DNA of 50,263 bases from Candidatus Scalinduaceae bacterium (GTDB lineage: Bacteria > Planctomycetota > Brocadiia > Brocadiales > Scalinduaceae). The notes beneath the pieces are model-generated. The model was not told the DNA's origin and did no database searches. It saw nothing but the letters and a program-made list of their open reading frames with translations. The translations under genes and the position numbers were made by a program. The stretch spans positions 1 through 50,263 of the forward strand of contig JBHICG010000019.1 in NCBI GenBank assembly GCA_046759445.1. Reading direction: 5' to 3'. Shown here in pieces: positions 29,747 through 38,702 of the stretch; position 1 is the stretch's first letter, and each line of letters starts with the position of its first letter.

Positions 29747-30534
29747 TTAAGGTTGGAACAAGTGGATTTTCTTTTGATGACTGGAAGGGGCCTGTTTACC
29801 CCGCCAATATAAGGAAACAAGACATGCTTTCGTATTACGAAAAAGAGATAGGATTAAAAATTCTTGAGGTTAATTCTACCTATTATGCATTACCTTCTCA
29901 GAAAAGCATGGAAACTATGTCCAGAAAAACCTCTCCTGAATTTGAGTTTGTTGTGAAGGCTCATAAGGCCATGACACATGAAATTAAGGAGAAGGGAAGT
30001 AATAGGCTAATCGACAACAAAGACGTCTTTGAGAAATTCAAATATTCAATAGATCCACTAAAAAGTGAAGGCAAACTCAAGTGTGTGCTTGCACAGTTTC
30101 CTTATTCTTTTTACTCAAATAAGAACAACTTTGAGTACTTGAAGGTATTCAAAGAAAGAATGGGAGATATAAAACTGGTGGTAGAATTCAGGAACAAATA
30201 CTGGCATAAGGACAATGTAGTGGAATTTCTTTCCGATAACGATCTGGGGTATTGTGTAGTTGACGAACCGAAGTTATCAGGCCTAATGCCATTTGTACCT
30301 TTGGCAACCACTGATATTGGATATTTTCGTTTACACGGCAGGAACAAAAACTGGTTTAATGTGCCAACTTCAGTCAGATATGACTATCTATACTCTGAAG
30401 AAGAACTTTTGGAGTTTATTGGGCCTATTAATAAGATAGCCGTTGATACGTCCATAACCCTGGTCTTTTTTAACAATTGTCACGCAGGTTCTGCCGTAAA
30501 GAATGCAATTATGCTCATAAAGATGTTGCCATAA
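29743..30534 (+). CDS. DUF72 (YecE-family) TIM-barrel protein
   Basis: IKVGTSGFSF..W.G..YP, EVNSTYY, QFPYSF, VEFRNKYW, YFRLHGRN, FFNN; ATGA overlap with the dinB stop. Confidence 0.9.
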   Translation: MIKVGTSGFSFDDWKGPVYPANIRKQDMLSYYEKEIGLKILEVNSTYYALPSQKSMETMSRKTSPEFEFVVKAHKAMTHEIKEKGSNRLIDNKDVFEKFKYSIDPLKSEGKLKCVLAQFPYSFYSNKNNFEYLKVFKERMGDIKLVVEFRNKYWHKDNVVEFLSDNDLGYCVVDEPKLSGLMPFVPLATTDIGYFRLHGRNKNWFNVPTSVRYDYLYSEEELLEFIGPINKIAVDTSITLVFFNNCHAGSAVKNAIMLIKMLP

Positions 30535-30568
30535 TAAGGGAATAAAAATATCTTTAAATGCCTAAAAA

Positions 30569-30634
30569 TGTCATTCTGAACTTGTTTCAGAATCTATATT
30601 GTTAAGAGACCCCGAAAACGAGTTCAGGATGACA
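30569..30634. repeat. REP-like palindromic element
   Basis: tgtcattctgaacttgtttc ... gaaaacgagttcaggatgaca imperfect inverted repeat. Confidence 0.65.
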
Positions 30635-30675
30635 ATATAGCGTTTTCGCAACAGATACTAAGCAGGTTGTTCAGA

Positions 30676-30769
30676 CCCCCTGGTTCCCACGCAGAGCGTG
30701 GGAACCAGATATTTCTGCGTGGCATGAAATAACGTTTTGAAAATTTAAATTTTGAATTTGTTTTGAATT
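30676..30769. repeat. Second, shortened copy of the 27722-27962 REP composite (direct orientation)
   Basis: ccccctggttcccacgcagagcgtgggaaccagatatttctgcgtggcatgaaataacgttttgaaaattt matches the 27723-27739 and 27854-27942 segments. Confidence 0.75.
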
Positions 30770-30791
30770 AAGGCAGCATAGTATTTGATTT

Positions 30792-31196
30792 ATGGGAATT
30801 ATTCAAATTAAGAAAATTGAATTCAGCCAAGATGATCGAGGGTGGTCGATAAAGCCAATTACTGACGAAGAAATAAAAACCGGTAAAATAAGTGAAATTC
30901 ACATGGTGAGTATGCGGCAAGGCGCTGTAAGGGGAAATCATTATCACATAAATAAGACTGAATATGTCCTTACTGTAGGAGGTCCATTTAGAGTTGTAAT
31001 TATGGATAACAATACAAAGAAAAAAGAGGAAAAAACAATAGTAGATAAAACATTGCTTGTAATTCCCCCAAACGTCACGCATGCCATAGAGAATATTGGC
31101 AGTAACATTTCATACTTATTTTGTTACAGCAAAACAAATAAATGTTTAAGTGGTCATGACGTTGTAATTAACGAAATTATCCAGAAAAGCATGTAA
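30792..31196 (+). CDS. Cupin-fold WxcM/FdtA-like sugar isomerase/epimerase
   Basis: DDRG, VRGNHYH..KTE, IPPNVTHAI. Confidence 0.78.
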   Translation: MGIIQIKKIEFSQDDRGWSIKPITDEEIKTGKISEIHMVSMRQGAVRGNHYHINKTEYVLTVGGPFRVVIMDNNTKKKEEKTIVDKTLLVIPPNVTHAIENIGSNISYLFCYSKTNKCLSGHDVVINEIIQKSM

Positions 31197-31278
31197 TGCG
31201 GAGCTGAGCGAAGTCGGAGCAGGCTCAAGCTGGAAGCTTGAAGGCTGATGAGACTTTCGCTCCTGCGATTTGTTCGGA
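31191..31278 (-). other. Degenerate solitary attC-like site
   Basis: Minus strand TCCGAAC-AAATC-GCAGGAGCG...CGCTCAGC-TCCGC-ATTACAT, an R''/L''/L'/R' layout with a central hairpin. Confidence 0.45.
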
Positions 31279-31390
31279 CGCGCGAGTTAGCGCGCGGTCG
31301 AACAATAAATATCTACCAATATAAGATGTTGACTATCTATAAGCCTTTTGTAATAGATATGTTAGAGAGATTTTGCAATTAAATCTTTCC

Positions 31391-31660
31391 TTAATTAAGT
31401 TCATAAAATTGCTCTTCTACAAGATTTGGTTTAATTGAAGATTCTGAACTTACCGAATACGTATCTGATGCTATTCTTTCATTGATTAAACTGCACTTTT
31501 CACATATACGATTGTAAGGGCCTTTACTAAGAAATTGCTTCCTACACTTTAAGCAGTACCTCTTTTTTTTGAATCTTTTTCGAGAGGTATTATATTTAGG
31601 AATATCTTTAAATACCCTTTTTTTTCTGTTTGAGCTTAGACAGCTAGAATTTTTTTTCAT
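31391..31660 (-). CDS. Small basic Zn-ribbon hypothetical protein
   Basis: CLKC...F.S.G..NRICEKC; GAGGTG RBS. Confidence 0.7.
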   Translation of the reverse strand: MKKNSSCLSSNRKKRVFKDIPKYNTSRKRFKKKRYCLKCRKQFLSKGPYNRICEKCSLINERIASDTYSVSSESSIKPNLVEEQFYELN

Positions 31661-31870
31661 CTTTGATCACCTCTTCGAATTTGCAACAAAAAAAGTTTCA
31701 AAATAGTTCCCAAATATTAATTATTTTATAATTTTTACTCGGAATATTTTTTGAAGCTTAATGTTTTTTCGTATGCCTAATCGTTTATATACATTCAGAT
31801 CGTACGTTGAGAATTAGCTTGACTTTTATGCTATTTTTTGTAAATTTACCCCAATCTCAATCTATGAACC

Positions 31871-31916
31871 AAATATTGCCCACATCAAATTAGCTATTTT
31901 GATGTGGGCAATATTT
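31871..31916. promoter_or_regulatory. Long inverted repeat upstream of the ABC operon
   Basis: aaatattgcccacatcaaa / tttgatgtgggcaatattt perfect 19-bp arms, followed by a T-run. Confidence 0.55.
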
Positions 31917-31946
31917 TTGCTATTGTAAAAAGGAAAGTCTGCAGAA

Positions 31947-32888
31947 ATGAATAGTAATATAGCCATAAAAACAGAAAATTTAACAAAAGTTTATAAGAGT
32001 TTTTTGGGCCTTAGACATGTCTTGGCTCTTAATAAACTAAATATAGAAATCCAGAATGGTGAGATCTTTGGCTTGCTTGGTCCTAATGGTTCTGGAAAAA
32101 CAACCACCATAAAACTTCTACTTGGGCTTATATTTCCAACTGCGGGAAAAGCTTATGTATTAGGAAAATTAACAGACGATGTAGCCATAAAGGGCAAGAT
32201 CGGTTTTCTTCCAGAAGAATCCTGTTTTTACAGATTTTTGAATGCGGATGAAACCTTGGACTTTTATGGTCAGTTATTTAGCATACCCAGAAAAGAGAGA
32301 AGATTGAGAATAAACAAACTCGTTGATCTGGTAGGGTTGGAATTTGCGAGGAAAAGACCGCTAAAACAATATTCGAAGGGAATGTTACGCAGAATTGGTC
32401 TTGCTCAAGCATTGATAAATGAACCTGACTTAGTTATTCTTGATGAACCTACCAGTGGTCTAGATCCTATAGGCACCAGAGAAACTAAGGATATAATACT
32501 TGAGTTAAAAAGTCAGGGAAAGACAGTTTTATTATGTTCTCATCTTTTATCTGATGTTCAGGATATTTGTGATAGAGTAGCTATCCTTGATAGAGGTGAG
32601 CTGCAGGTAGAAGGAACAATTAATGAATTGCTTTCATGTAAAGATGTTGTTGAGATTCTGATTCGTAATTTATCACATGAAACAATAAGTGAAGTTGAAG
32701 CTTTTATCAAGGAAAAACAAGGAGAGGTTATCTCAATTAAAAATTCAACTAATACACTGGAAAATTTATTCTTAAAAATAGTTAAAGAAAATAAGAGATT
32801 TGGTGAAGACAGAAATAAAATAGATAATGAAGTTAGCCAAATCGAATCTGGCAAAGTCAATTCATACAAAACCAAGCAATTAAATTAA
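31947..32888 (+). CDS. ABC transporter ATP-binding protein
   Basis: [34 protein letters not shown]. Confidence 0.93.
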   Translation: MNSNIAIKTENLTKVYKSFLGLRHVLALNKLNIEIQNGEIFGLLGPNGSGKTTTIKLLLGLIFPTAGKAYVLGKLTDDVAIKGKIGFLPEESCFYRFLNADETLDFYGQLFSIPRKERRLRINKLVDLVGLEFARKRPLKQYSKGMLRRIGLAQALINEPDLVILDEPTSGLDPIGTRETKDIILELKSQGKTVLLCSHLLSDVQDICDRVAILDRGELQVEGTINELLSCKDVVEILIRNLSHETISEVEAFIKEKQGEVISIKNSTNTLENLFLKIVKENKRFGEDRNKIDNEVSQIESGKVNSYKTKQLN

Positions 32889-32910
32889 ACGAAAGGTTTG
32901 TAATGAACAT

Positions 32911-34215
32911 TTGAAAAAAAAATCTATGCAGCAAATACTCGTAATAGCAAAACAGACGTTTAAGGAAGCAGTCAGGAATAAGGTATTATTTATATTAATT
33001 CTTTTTGGATTGATATCTATTTGCTGTTCATTATTTTTGCCAGTTGTTGGTGGTGCTGGAGAAAAAACTAAAATAGTTGAATCTGTGTGTCTCCGTTCTA
33101 TCACCTTTTTTGGAACACTGGCAGCGATTTTACTCTCCGCATCTTCTATTCCAACCGATTTAGAAAGCAAGATACTTAGCACAATAACCACAAAACCAAT
33201 TAGCCGACCCAACTTAATCTTTGGAAAGGTTATAGGCTTTATTTACATAATAGGATTGTTATTAGTGATAATGGGTAGCGCCAGTTATGCATTGATCAAA
33301 TACACGGCCTTAAGGCAAGACACTCAAAACATAAAGGGACTTTTAGCGCGGGAAATAATCGAAACAACTAACTTACAAATAACTGGCGAATCGGCAAAAA
33401 ACATTGGAAATGTTAATTGGATAGAAGGCGGAGGAAAGGGAGCATTTTCATGGGACATTAAAGGGTTGTCCTACAAAGAGAAACCCGATCAGCTAGAGAT
33501 TGAGACAAAATTCCTGGTAGAAAGCAACAATAGAATTGCCAGGAAAATCCCCATAAAAGTTAAGTTAGTTAATCCTTACGCAGGTAAAGCAAAAACCGAA
33601 ATAATTGAAGTACATAACAATAAAACAGCATCATTAAGATTTGATAGCGAAACTGCTATGGGGGGTGATGAATTAAATATTGTAATCTCGCCAGAGAATC
33701 CTGGAGATTTTATTGGTATAAGTTCCGGTAACGTAAAGGTCTTTTTTGGAAAAAAGACCTTTGAATATAATTTTTTGAAAGGACTGGCAATAATTGCATC
33801 ACAGTTCGTATTGATGGTAGTAATAGCAACATTAGGTTCTACTTTTCTTTCTCTTCCCGTTAATATACTCTTCTGTTTGTTTATATTCTTTTGTGGCAAC
33901 ATAATCGATTTTATGCGAGACCTGTCAACGGTTATTAACATCTTTGAAGCACAGGAACATGAACACGGAATATCAGACGTTATAAAGAAACCAAATTTAT
34001 TTGTACTTATCCTAAATTATGTTTTTAAAAAACCTATACTAGTGCTAAGTTATATATTACCAAATTTTAAAAACTTTAATGTAGGATATTATTTTTTAGA
34101 AAACATAAATATACCACAAAAAAGGGTATTTACATGTTTTGGTTATATGTTTATGTATGCCTTATTTTGCTTACCTGCATCGTTTATGATTTTTAAAAGA
34201 AGGGAAATTGCCTGA
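32911..34215 (+). CDS. ABC-2-type permease with extracytoplasmic insertion
   Basis: IAKQTFKEAVRNK, TKPISR..LIFGK, terminal FKRREIA; ATG 32926 is an alternative start. Confidence 0.85.
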   Translation: MKKKSMQQILVIAKQTFKEAVRNKVLFILILFGLISICCSLFLPVVGGAGEKTKIVESVCLRSITFFGTLAAILLSASSIPTDLESKILSTITTKPISRPNLIFGKVIGFIYIIGLLLVIMGSASYALIKYTALRQDTQNIKGLLAREIIETTNLQITGESAKNIGNVNWIEGGGKGAFSWDIKGLSYKEKPDQLEIETKFLVESNNRIARKIPIKVKLVNPYAGKAKTEIIEVHNNKTASLRFDSETAMGGDELNIVISPENPGDFIGISSGNVKVFFGKKTFEYNFLKGLAIIASQFVLMVVIATLGSTFLSLPVNILFCLFIFFCGNIIDFMRDLSTVINIFEAQEHEHGISDVIKKPNLFVLILNYVFKKPILVLSYILPNFKNFNVGYYFLENINIPQKRVFTCFGYMFMYALFCLPASFMIFKRREIA

Positions 34216-34243
34216 GATATTATATACAAGATGAGATATATAC

Positions 34244-35062
34244 ATGAAAGGATCATTATTGACAAAATTCGCTATAATACCATCTTTAATAATCTTCATG
34301 GTTTCTGCGCAGTATTTTCTCCAGTTAAGGATTAGCTATATGAGAAGGGATACTACTTTCGACCGTTCATACCTTGATCCATCTGAAACTTTGCCAATAA
34401 TACTGCTGGGTAGTTTCAGGGGAGTTCTGGTTGATTTTCTATGGATCAGGGGTTTAGCAAGGCATGATGAAAAGAAATTTTATGAACTCCTTGCCATAAA
34501 CAATTTGATTGCGAAATTACAGCCACATTTTCCAGCTGTGTGGATATTCCAGTCGTGGAACATGAGTTATAATATTGCCCATGAATGGGAATCTCCGGAA
34601 AACAAATGGAAATGGGTCAAAGCAGGGTTGAAATTTGCTGAAAAGGGCGCATTAAAGAATCCAAAGAGTGGAGAATTATTCTTTGAGATTGGTCATACAT
34701 ACCTTCATAAATTTGACTCCAGAAGCTTTAAATATGCTGATTATTACAGAGAACGGTTAATGTTAGAAGAAGGGAAGGACAATTACGAACAAGCTCTCTT
34801 CTGGGTAAAAAAATCCTTAAACTACAGTTCAATGTTTCGTAGTAGACTTGTGATGGAAAGGACCGTGTGCTTTATATTGTGGCGTGCGGCATTACAAGCG
34901 GAAAAAGATGGTAGAATGAATGATGCCTTAGAATATGTAACGAAATCTATTAGTGAATGGGAAGATTATCTGAAAAGACATCCCGATGATCCCGACGGAA
35001 AAGCCAGAAGTTTTTTAAAAGTGATTAACGAAAAGAAATTGGAAATTGAAAAGCAAGTATAG
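34244..35062 (+). CDS. Membrane-anchored TPR-like hypothetical protein of the ABC operon
   Basis: N-terminal TM, LGSFRG..VDFLW, LQPHF..VW.FQ.WN..YNI, helical repeats. Confidence 0.7.
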   Translation: MKGSLLTKFAIIPSLIIFMVSAQYFLQLRISYMRRDTTFDRSYLDPSETLPIILLGSFRGVLVDFLWIRGLARHDEKKFYELLAINNLIAKLQPHFPAVWIFQSWNMSYNIAHEWESPENKWKWVKAGLKFAEKGALKNPKSGELFFEIGHTYLHKFDSRSFKYADYYRERLMLEEGKDNYEQALFWVKKSLNYSSMFRSRLVMERTVCFILWRAALQAEKDGRMNDALEYVTKSISEWEDYLKRHPDDPDGKARSFLKVINEKKLEIEKQV

Positions 35063-35074
35063 AAAGGTGGAATA

Positions 35075-37432
35075 ATGATAAAAGATTTTTTCCGGCGTAG
35101 TTTTTTATGCAAAGTAATTTTGACACTTTTTATTGTGGCTTTCATATCGCAAGGGGTGGTATATGCAACCTCTTCGAAAGAACATTCCAAGAGTACCAGT
35201 GTGGAATCAAAGTCAGGCAAAAGCTTTCAAAGAGGAACATCTGGTGAATCAAGATCAATACCCAAGTTGTGGTGGCTCGCACCGATAGGCGCATTATGTG
35301 CGATATTTTTTGTTCGAAAATTCTATAAAGAGGTGATGGGTTGCCCCGAGGGTGATAAAAAGATGGTTGAGATTGCCGGGCATGTTCGAGAGGGGGCTTT
35401 TGCCTATTTGAAACAGCAATACAAGGTAGTCGCAATATTTTTCATATTTGTATTCATTGCACTTTTAATACTCTCTTTTGGATTAAAGATTCAATCCGGA
35501 TTTGTGCCATTTGCCTTTCTGACAAGCGGATTTTTGTCGGGGCTTGCAGGATTCCTGGGAATGAAGATGGCAACAAATGCAAGCGCAAGGACAACAGAAG
35601 GGGCAAAGAAATCTTTAGATCAAGGTCTGCGGATAGCCTTTAGAAGCGGTGCAGTAATGGGTTTAATTGTTGTTGGACTTGGCCTTTTGGATGTGTCTGT
35701 TTGGTTTTTTATACTTCGGAAGTTTACAAATATATCTCTAACAGAAATAGCTGTGATACTTCCCTGTTTTGGTATGGGCGCAAGTTTTCAAGCCCTCTTC
35801 GCAAGGGTAGGAGGAGGTATTTTCACAAAGGCTGCGGATGTGGGCGCTGACCTGGTAGGAAAAGTTGAAGCAGGTATCCCCGAAGATGATCCCAGGAATC
35901 CTGCTACCATTGCTGATAATGTTGGTGACAATGTTGGCGATGTTGCCGGGATGGGCGCTGATCTGTATGAATCATATTATGCATCAATACTTGCCAGCGC
36001 TGCTTTGGGGGTTGCTTGCGGCCTGGGTATTGCCGGGCTTGTGTTACCTATGAGCATAGCAGGTATAGGGGTTATTCTATCTGTCATAGGTATCCGGCTT
36101 ATAAAAACCAAAGAGGGGGCGTCACAAAAAGAACTCTTAAAATCTTTAGGAAAGGGCGTAAACGTAAGCTCAATCTTAATAGTGATACTGTCTGCAATTA
36201 TCATAAAGTTCCTGCTTCCCGGAAACTTTGGGATTTGGGGTTCGATAGTTACGGGTTTACTTGCCGGTATAATAATAGGGAAAGGAACTGAATTCTTTAC
36301 CTCTGCTGATCATGGTCCGACAAAAGGTATTGCTGATCAGGCAAAAACAGGTTCTGCTACACTCATTATAGATGGTGTAGCTACCGGCATGTTATCAACC
36401 ATAATTCCTGTAGGCACTATTGCTGTTGCTGTTATTTTAAGTTTTATGTTTGCCGGTGGGTTTTCAAGTACAGCTATGGGGCTTTATGGTATTGCTATTG
36501 CCGCAGTAGGAATGTTGTCAACGCTTGGAATTACACTGGCAACCGATGCTTACGGACCTATTGCAGATAATGCCGGTGGTAATGCCGAGATGAGTGAACA
36601 GGAGCCAATAGTCAGAGAAAGGACAGATGCCCTTGATTCTCTTGGAAACACAACAGCCGCTACTGGTAAGGGTTTTGCCATTGGATCTGCTGCCTTGACG
36701 GCAATGGCATTATTAGCAGTATATGTCGAAGAGGTTAAAATAGGTTTGGAAAGGACAGGTGTTCATACTGTTAAAATAGCTGGCCGTACAGTGGAAACTA
36801 CAGCACTTCAAATAGCTGACTTAATGGGTTATTACAATATTACACTGATGAACCCTAAAGTTCTTGTAGGCATTTTTATTGGCTCTATGGTGTCATTTGT
36901 ATTCTGTGCTTTGACTATGAAGGCTGTCGGCAGGGCAGCGGGAAAGATGGTAGAAGAAGTAAGAAGGCAATTCAGGGAAATAACGGGTATCATGGATGGG
37001 ACAGGCAAGCCTGATTATGCATCGTGTGTATCCATAAGCACGAAGGGCGCGCAGAAGGAAATGATGCTTCCATCTTTACTGGCAATATTTATCCCTATAA
37101 TTGTAGGCCTGATTTTGGGTGTCCCCGGAAGTATGGGCTTGCTGGTAGGCGGATTGTCAACAGGATTTCTCCTGGCTATCTTCATGGCAAATGCGGGTGG
37201 TGCCTGGGACAATGCAAAAAAATTTATTGAAACGGGACAGCATGGAGGAAAAGGGTCTGAGGCACATAAGGCCGCTGTCGTTGGTGATACTGTTGGCGAT
37301 CCGTTTAAGGACACATCAGGCCCCTCACTAAACATCCTTATTAAATTAATGTCAATTGTTTCAGTTGTTTTTGCCGGGCTTATAGTGAAGTTCTCACCAA
37401 AGATTGGAGGTTTCTTGCATATACTCAAATAA
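35075..37432 (+). CDS. hppA: Membrane-bound K+-dependent (Na+-translocating type) pyrophosphatase
   Basis: GGGIFTKAADVGADLVGKVEAGIPEDDPRNP, DNVGDNVGD, GNTTAA (Ala determinant), GDTVGDPFKDTSGP. Confidence 0.97.
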   Translation: MIKDFFRRSFLCKVILTLFIVAFISQGVVYATSSKEHSKSTSVESKSGKSFQRGTSGESRSIPKLWWLAPIGALCAIFFVRKFYKEVMGCPEGDKKMVEIAGHVREGAFAYLKQQYKVVAIFFIFVFIALLILSFGLKIQSGFVPFAFLTSGFLSGLAGFLGMKMATNASARTTEGAKKSLDQGLRIAFRSGAVMGLIVVGLGLLDVSVWFFILRKFTNISLTEIAVILPCFGMGASFQALFARVGGGIFTKAADVGADLVGKVEAGIPEDDPRNPATIADNVGDNVGDVAGMGADLYESYYASILASAALGVACGLGIAGLVLPMSIAGIGVILSVIGIRLIKTKEGASQKELLKSLGKGVNVSSILIVILSAIIIKFLLPGNFGIWGSIVTGLLAGIIIGKGTEFFTSADHGPTKGIADQAKTGSATLIIDGVATGMLSTIIPVGTIAVAVILSFMFAGGFSSTAMGLYGIAIAAVGMLSTLGITLATDAYGPIADNAGGNAEMSEQEPIVRERTDALDSLGNTTAATGKGFAIGSAALTAMALLAVYVEEVKIGLERTGVHTVKIAGRTVETTALQIADLMGYYNITLMNPKVLVGIFIGSMVSFVFCALTMKAVGRAAGKMVEEVRRQFREITGIMDGTGKPDYASCVSISTKGAQKEMMLPSLLAIFIPIIVGLILGVPGSMGLLVGGLSTGFLLAIFMANAGGAWDNAKKFIETGQHGGKGSEAHKAAVVGDTVGDPFKDTSGPSLNILIKLMSIVSVVFAGLIVKFSPKIGGFLHILK

Positions 37433-37528
37433 ACAAAAGAAGATATTTGTGATAATGGTTTATTAATAATCTTATTGCCTTTCATTCTTTAATTTATTTA
37501 TATTGTAAAGTGATTACAAAGATAAGAA

Positions 37529-37765
37529 ATGGAAACAGAATTAGATAGAAGCGACGACTTAATCTGCCCTAACTCAAACTGTGAGTACGATCATCACTCT
37601 AAAGGAGCAAACTTTTGTATACTCTGTGGCACGTTACTTTATCAGAGATGTGAAGATTGTTTGTCTGCCAATCCACAGTATGCAAAGTTTTGCTACTATT
37701 GTGGTACGAGTCTGTTGGAACTCAGGTCATCTGAAGGCCAGTACGAGGGATCAGAAGAGATTTAA
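37529..37765 (+). CDS. Double zinc-ribbon protein
   Basis: CPNSNC, FCILCG, CEDC, FCYYCG. Confidence 0.75.
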   Translation: METELDRSDDLICPNSNCEYDHHSKGANFCILCGTLLYQRCEDCLSANPQYAKFCYYCGTSLLELRSSEGQYEGSEEI

Positions 37766-37985
37766 GGGTTGAGTATTGGCCTATAGAATGGATGATAACA
37801 TTAATTGGTTCGATACAAATCACCATATCTGTCTTCTTTGACCGCAAGCCATTGACAAACTCGTTTTTTTATTAAAGCTTACTAAGAAAAACATTTTAAT
37901 AAATAGGTCTACAAAGTTATATTGCCTATCCAAAATGATAAGTTAAAGCCATTAGCAATAAAAAGAATTCCTATAACTAAAATAA

Positions 37986-38345
37986 TTGAGAGGTGTAAAT
38001 ACGTTAGACTCAAAAAATATGGCAATTATGTGTGCGAGGATTGCTGATCAAAAGAAGGCACAGAACATAATCGTGCTTGACATAAGCAAGTTAACATTTA
38101 TTACAAAATATTTTGTTATTTGTACTGGAATTAATGAACGACAACTCCATGCCATTGCTGACGAAATAGGGAAAAAACTGAGAAAACTATCAATAGAAAA
38201 ATATGGAATGGAGGGATACAACGAAGCAAAGTGGATACTCATAGATTACGGTGATGTTATCGTACATCTCTTTGGTAAGGATACACGTGCCTTTTACGAT
38301 TTGGAACTACTTTGGGGAGATGCCTCCAAGATTGCCTGGCAATGA
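37986..38345 (+). CDS. rsfS: Ribosome silencing factor RsfS
   Basis: KKAQNI.VLD, WILIDYGDVIVHLF, RAFYDLELLWGDA. Confidence 0.95.
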   Translation: MRGVNTLDSKNMAIMCARIADQKKAQNIIVLDISKLTFITKYFVICTGINERQLHAIADEIGKKLRKLSIEKYGMEGYNEAKWILIDYGDVIVHLFGKDTRAFYDLELLWGDASKIAWQ

Positions 38346-38702
38346 CATATTTTTTTCTCACTATCTTGACCTTACCTATGTATATTTTAGTGCTCAGTTC
38401 TAGAAAAGCCCCTGGTTTTCAATTATGAGTATGGCTGCAATGATTCAACCTAACGGTTGTATTTGGCCAAATATTCATTTTATAGTTTTATAGTAAATTT
38501 GCCGTACATGCGTAAAGTATTTGTTTGCATAACTTACGTATTCTAGTGCTATATTGATGATTCGGTATGTAGTTTGCTTTTTCACTATAATCTTTAAGAC
38601 TATTTATTGACACTAAAAAGACTTAAATAACATAGATGCAAACCGTCATCACATATTATAGGTTTTTTTTGTTCATAAATCCATAGAACAGGAGGGCTTT
38701 AA

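Noticed and set aside
31200..31265. Hammerhead ribozyme (CTGATGAG at about 31246)
   Set aside because: No GAAA core segment in the right place and no three-stem junction; an attC/REP-like hairpin fits better
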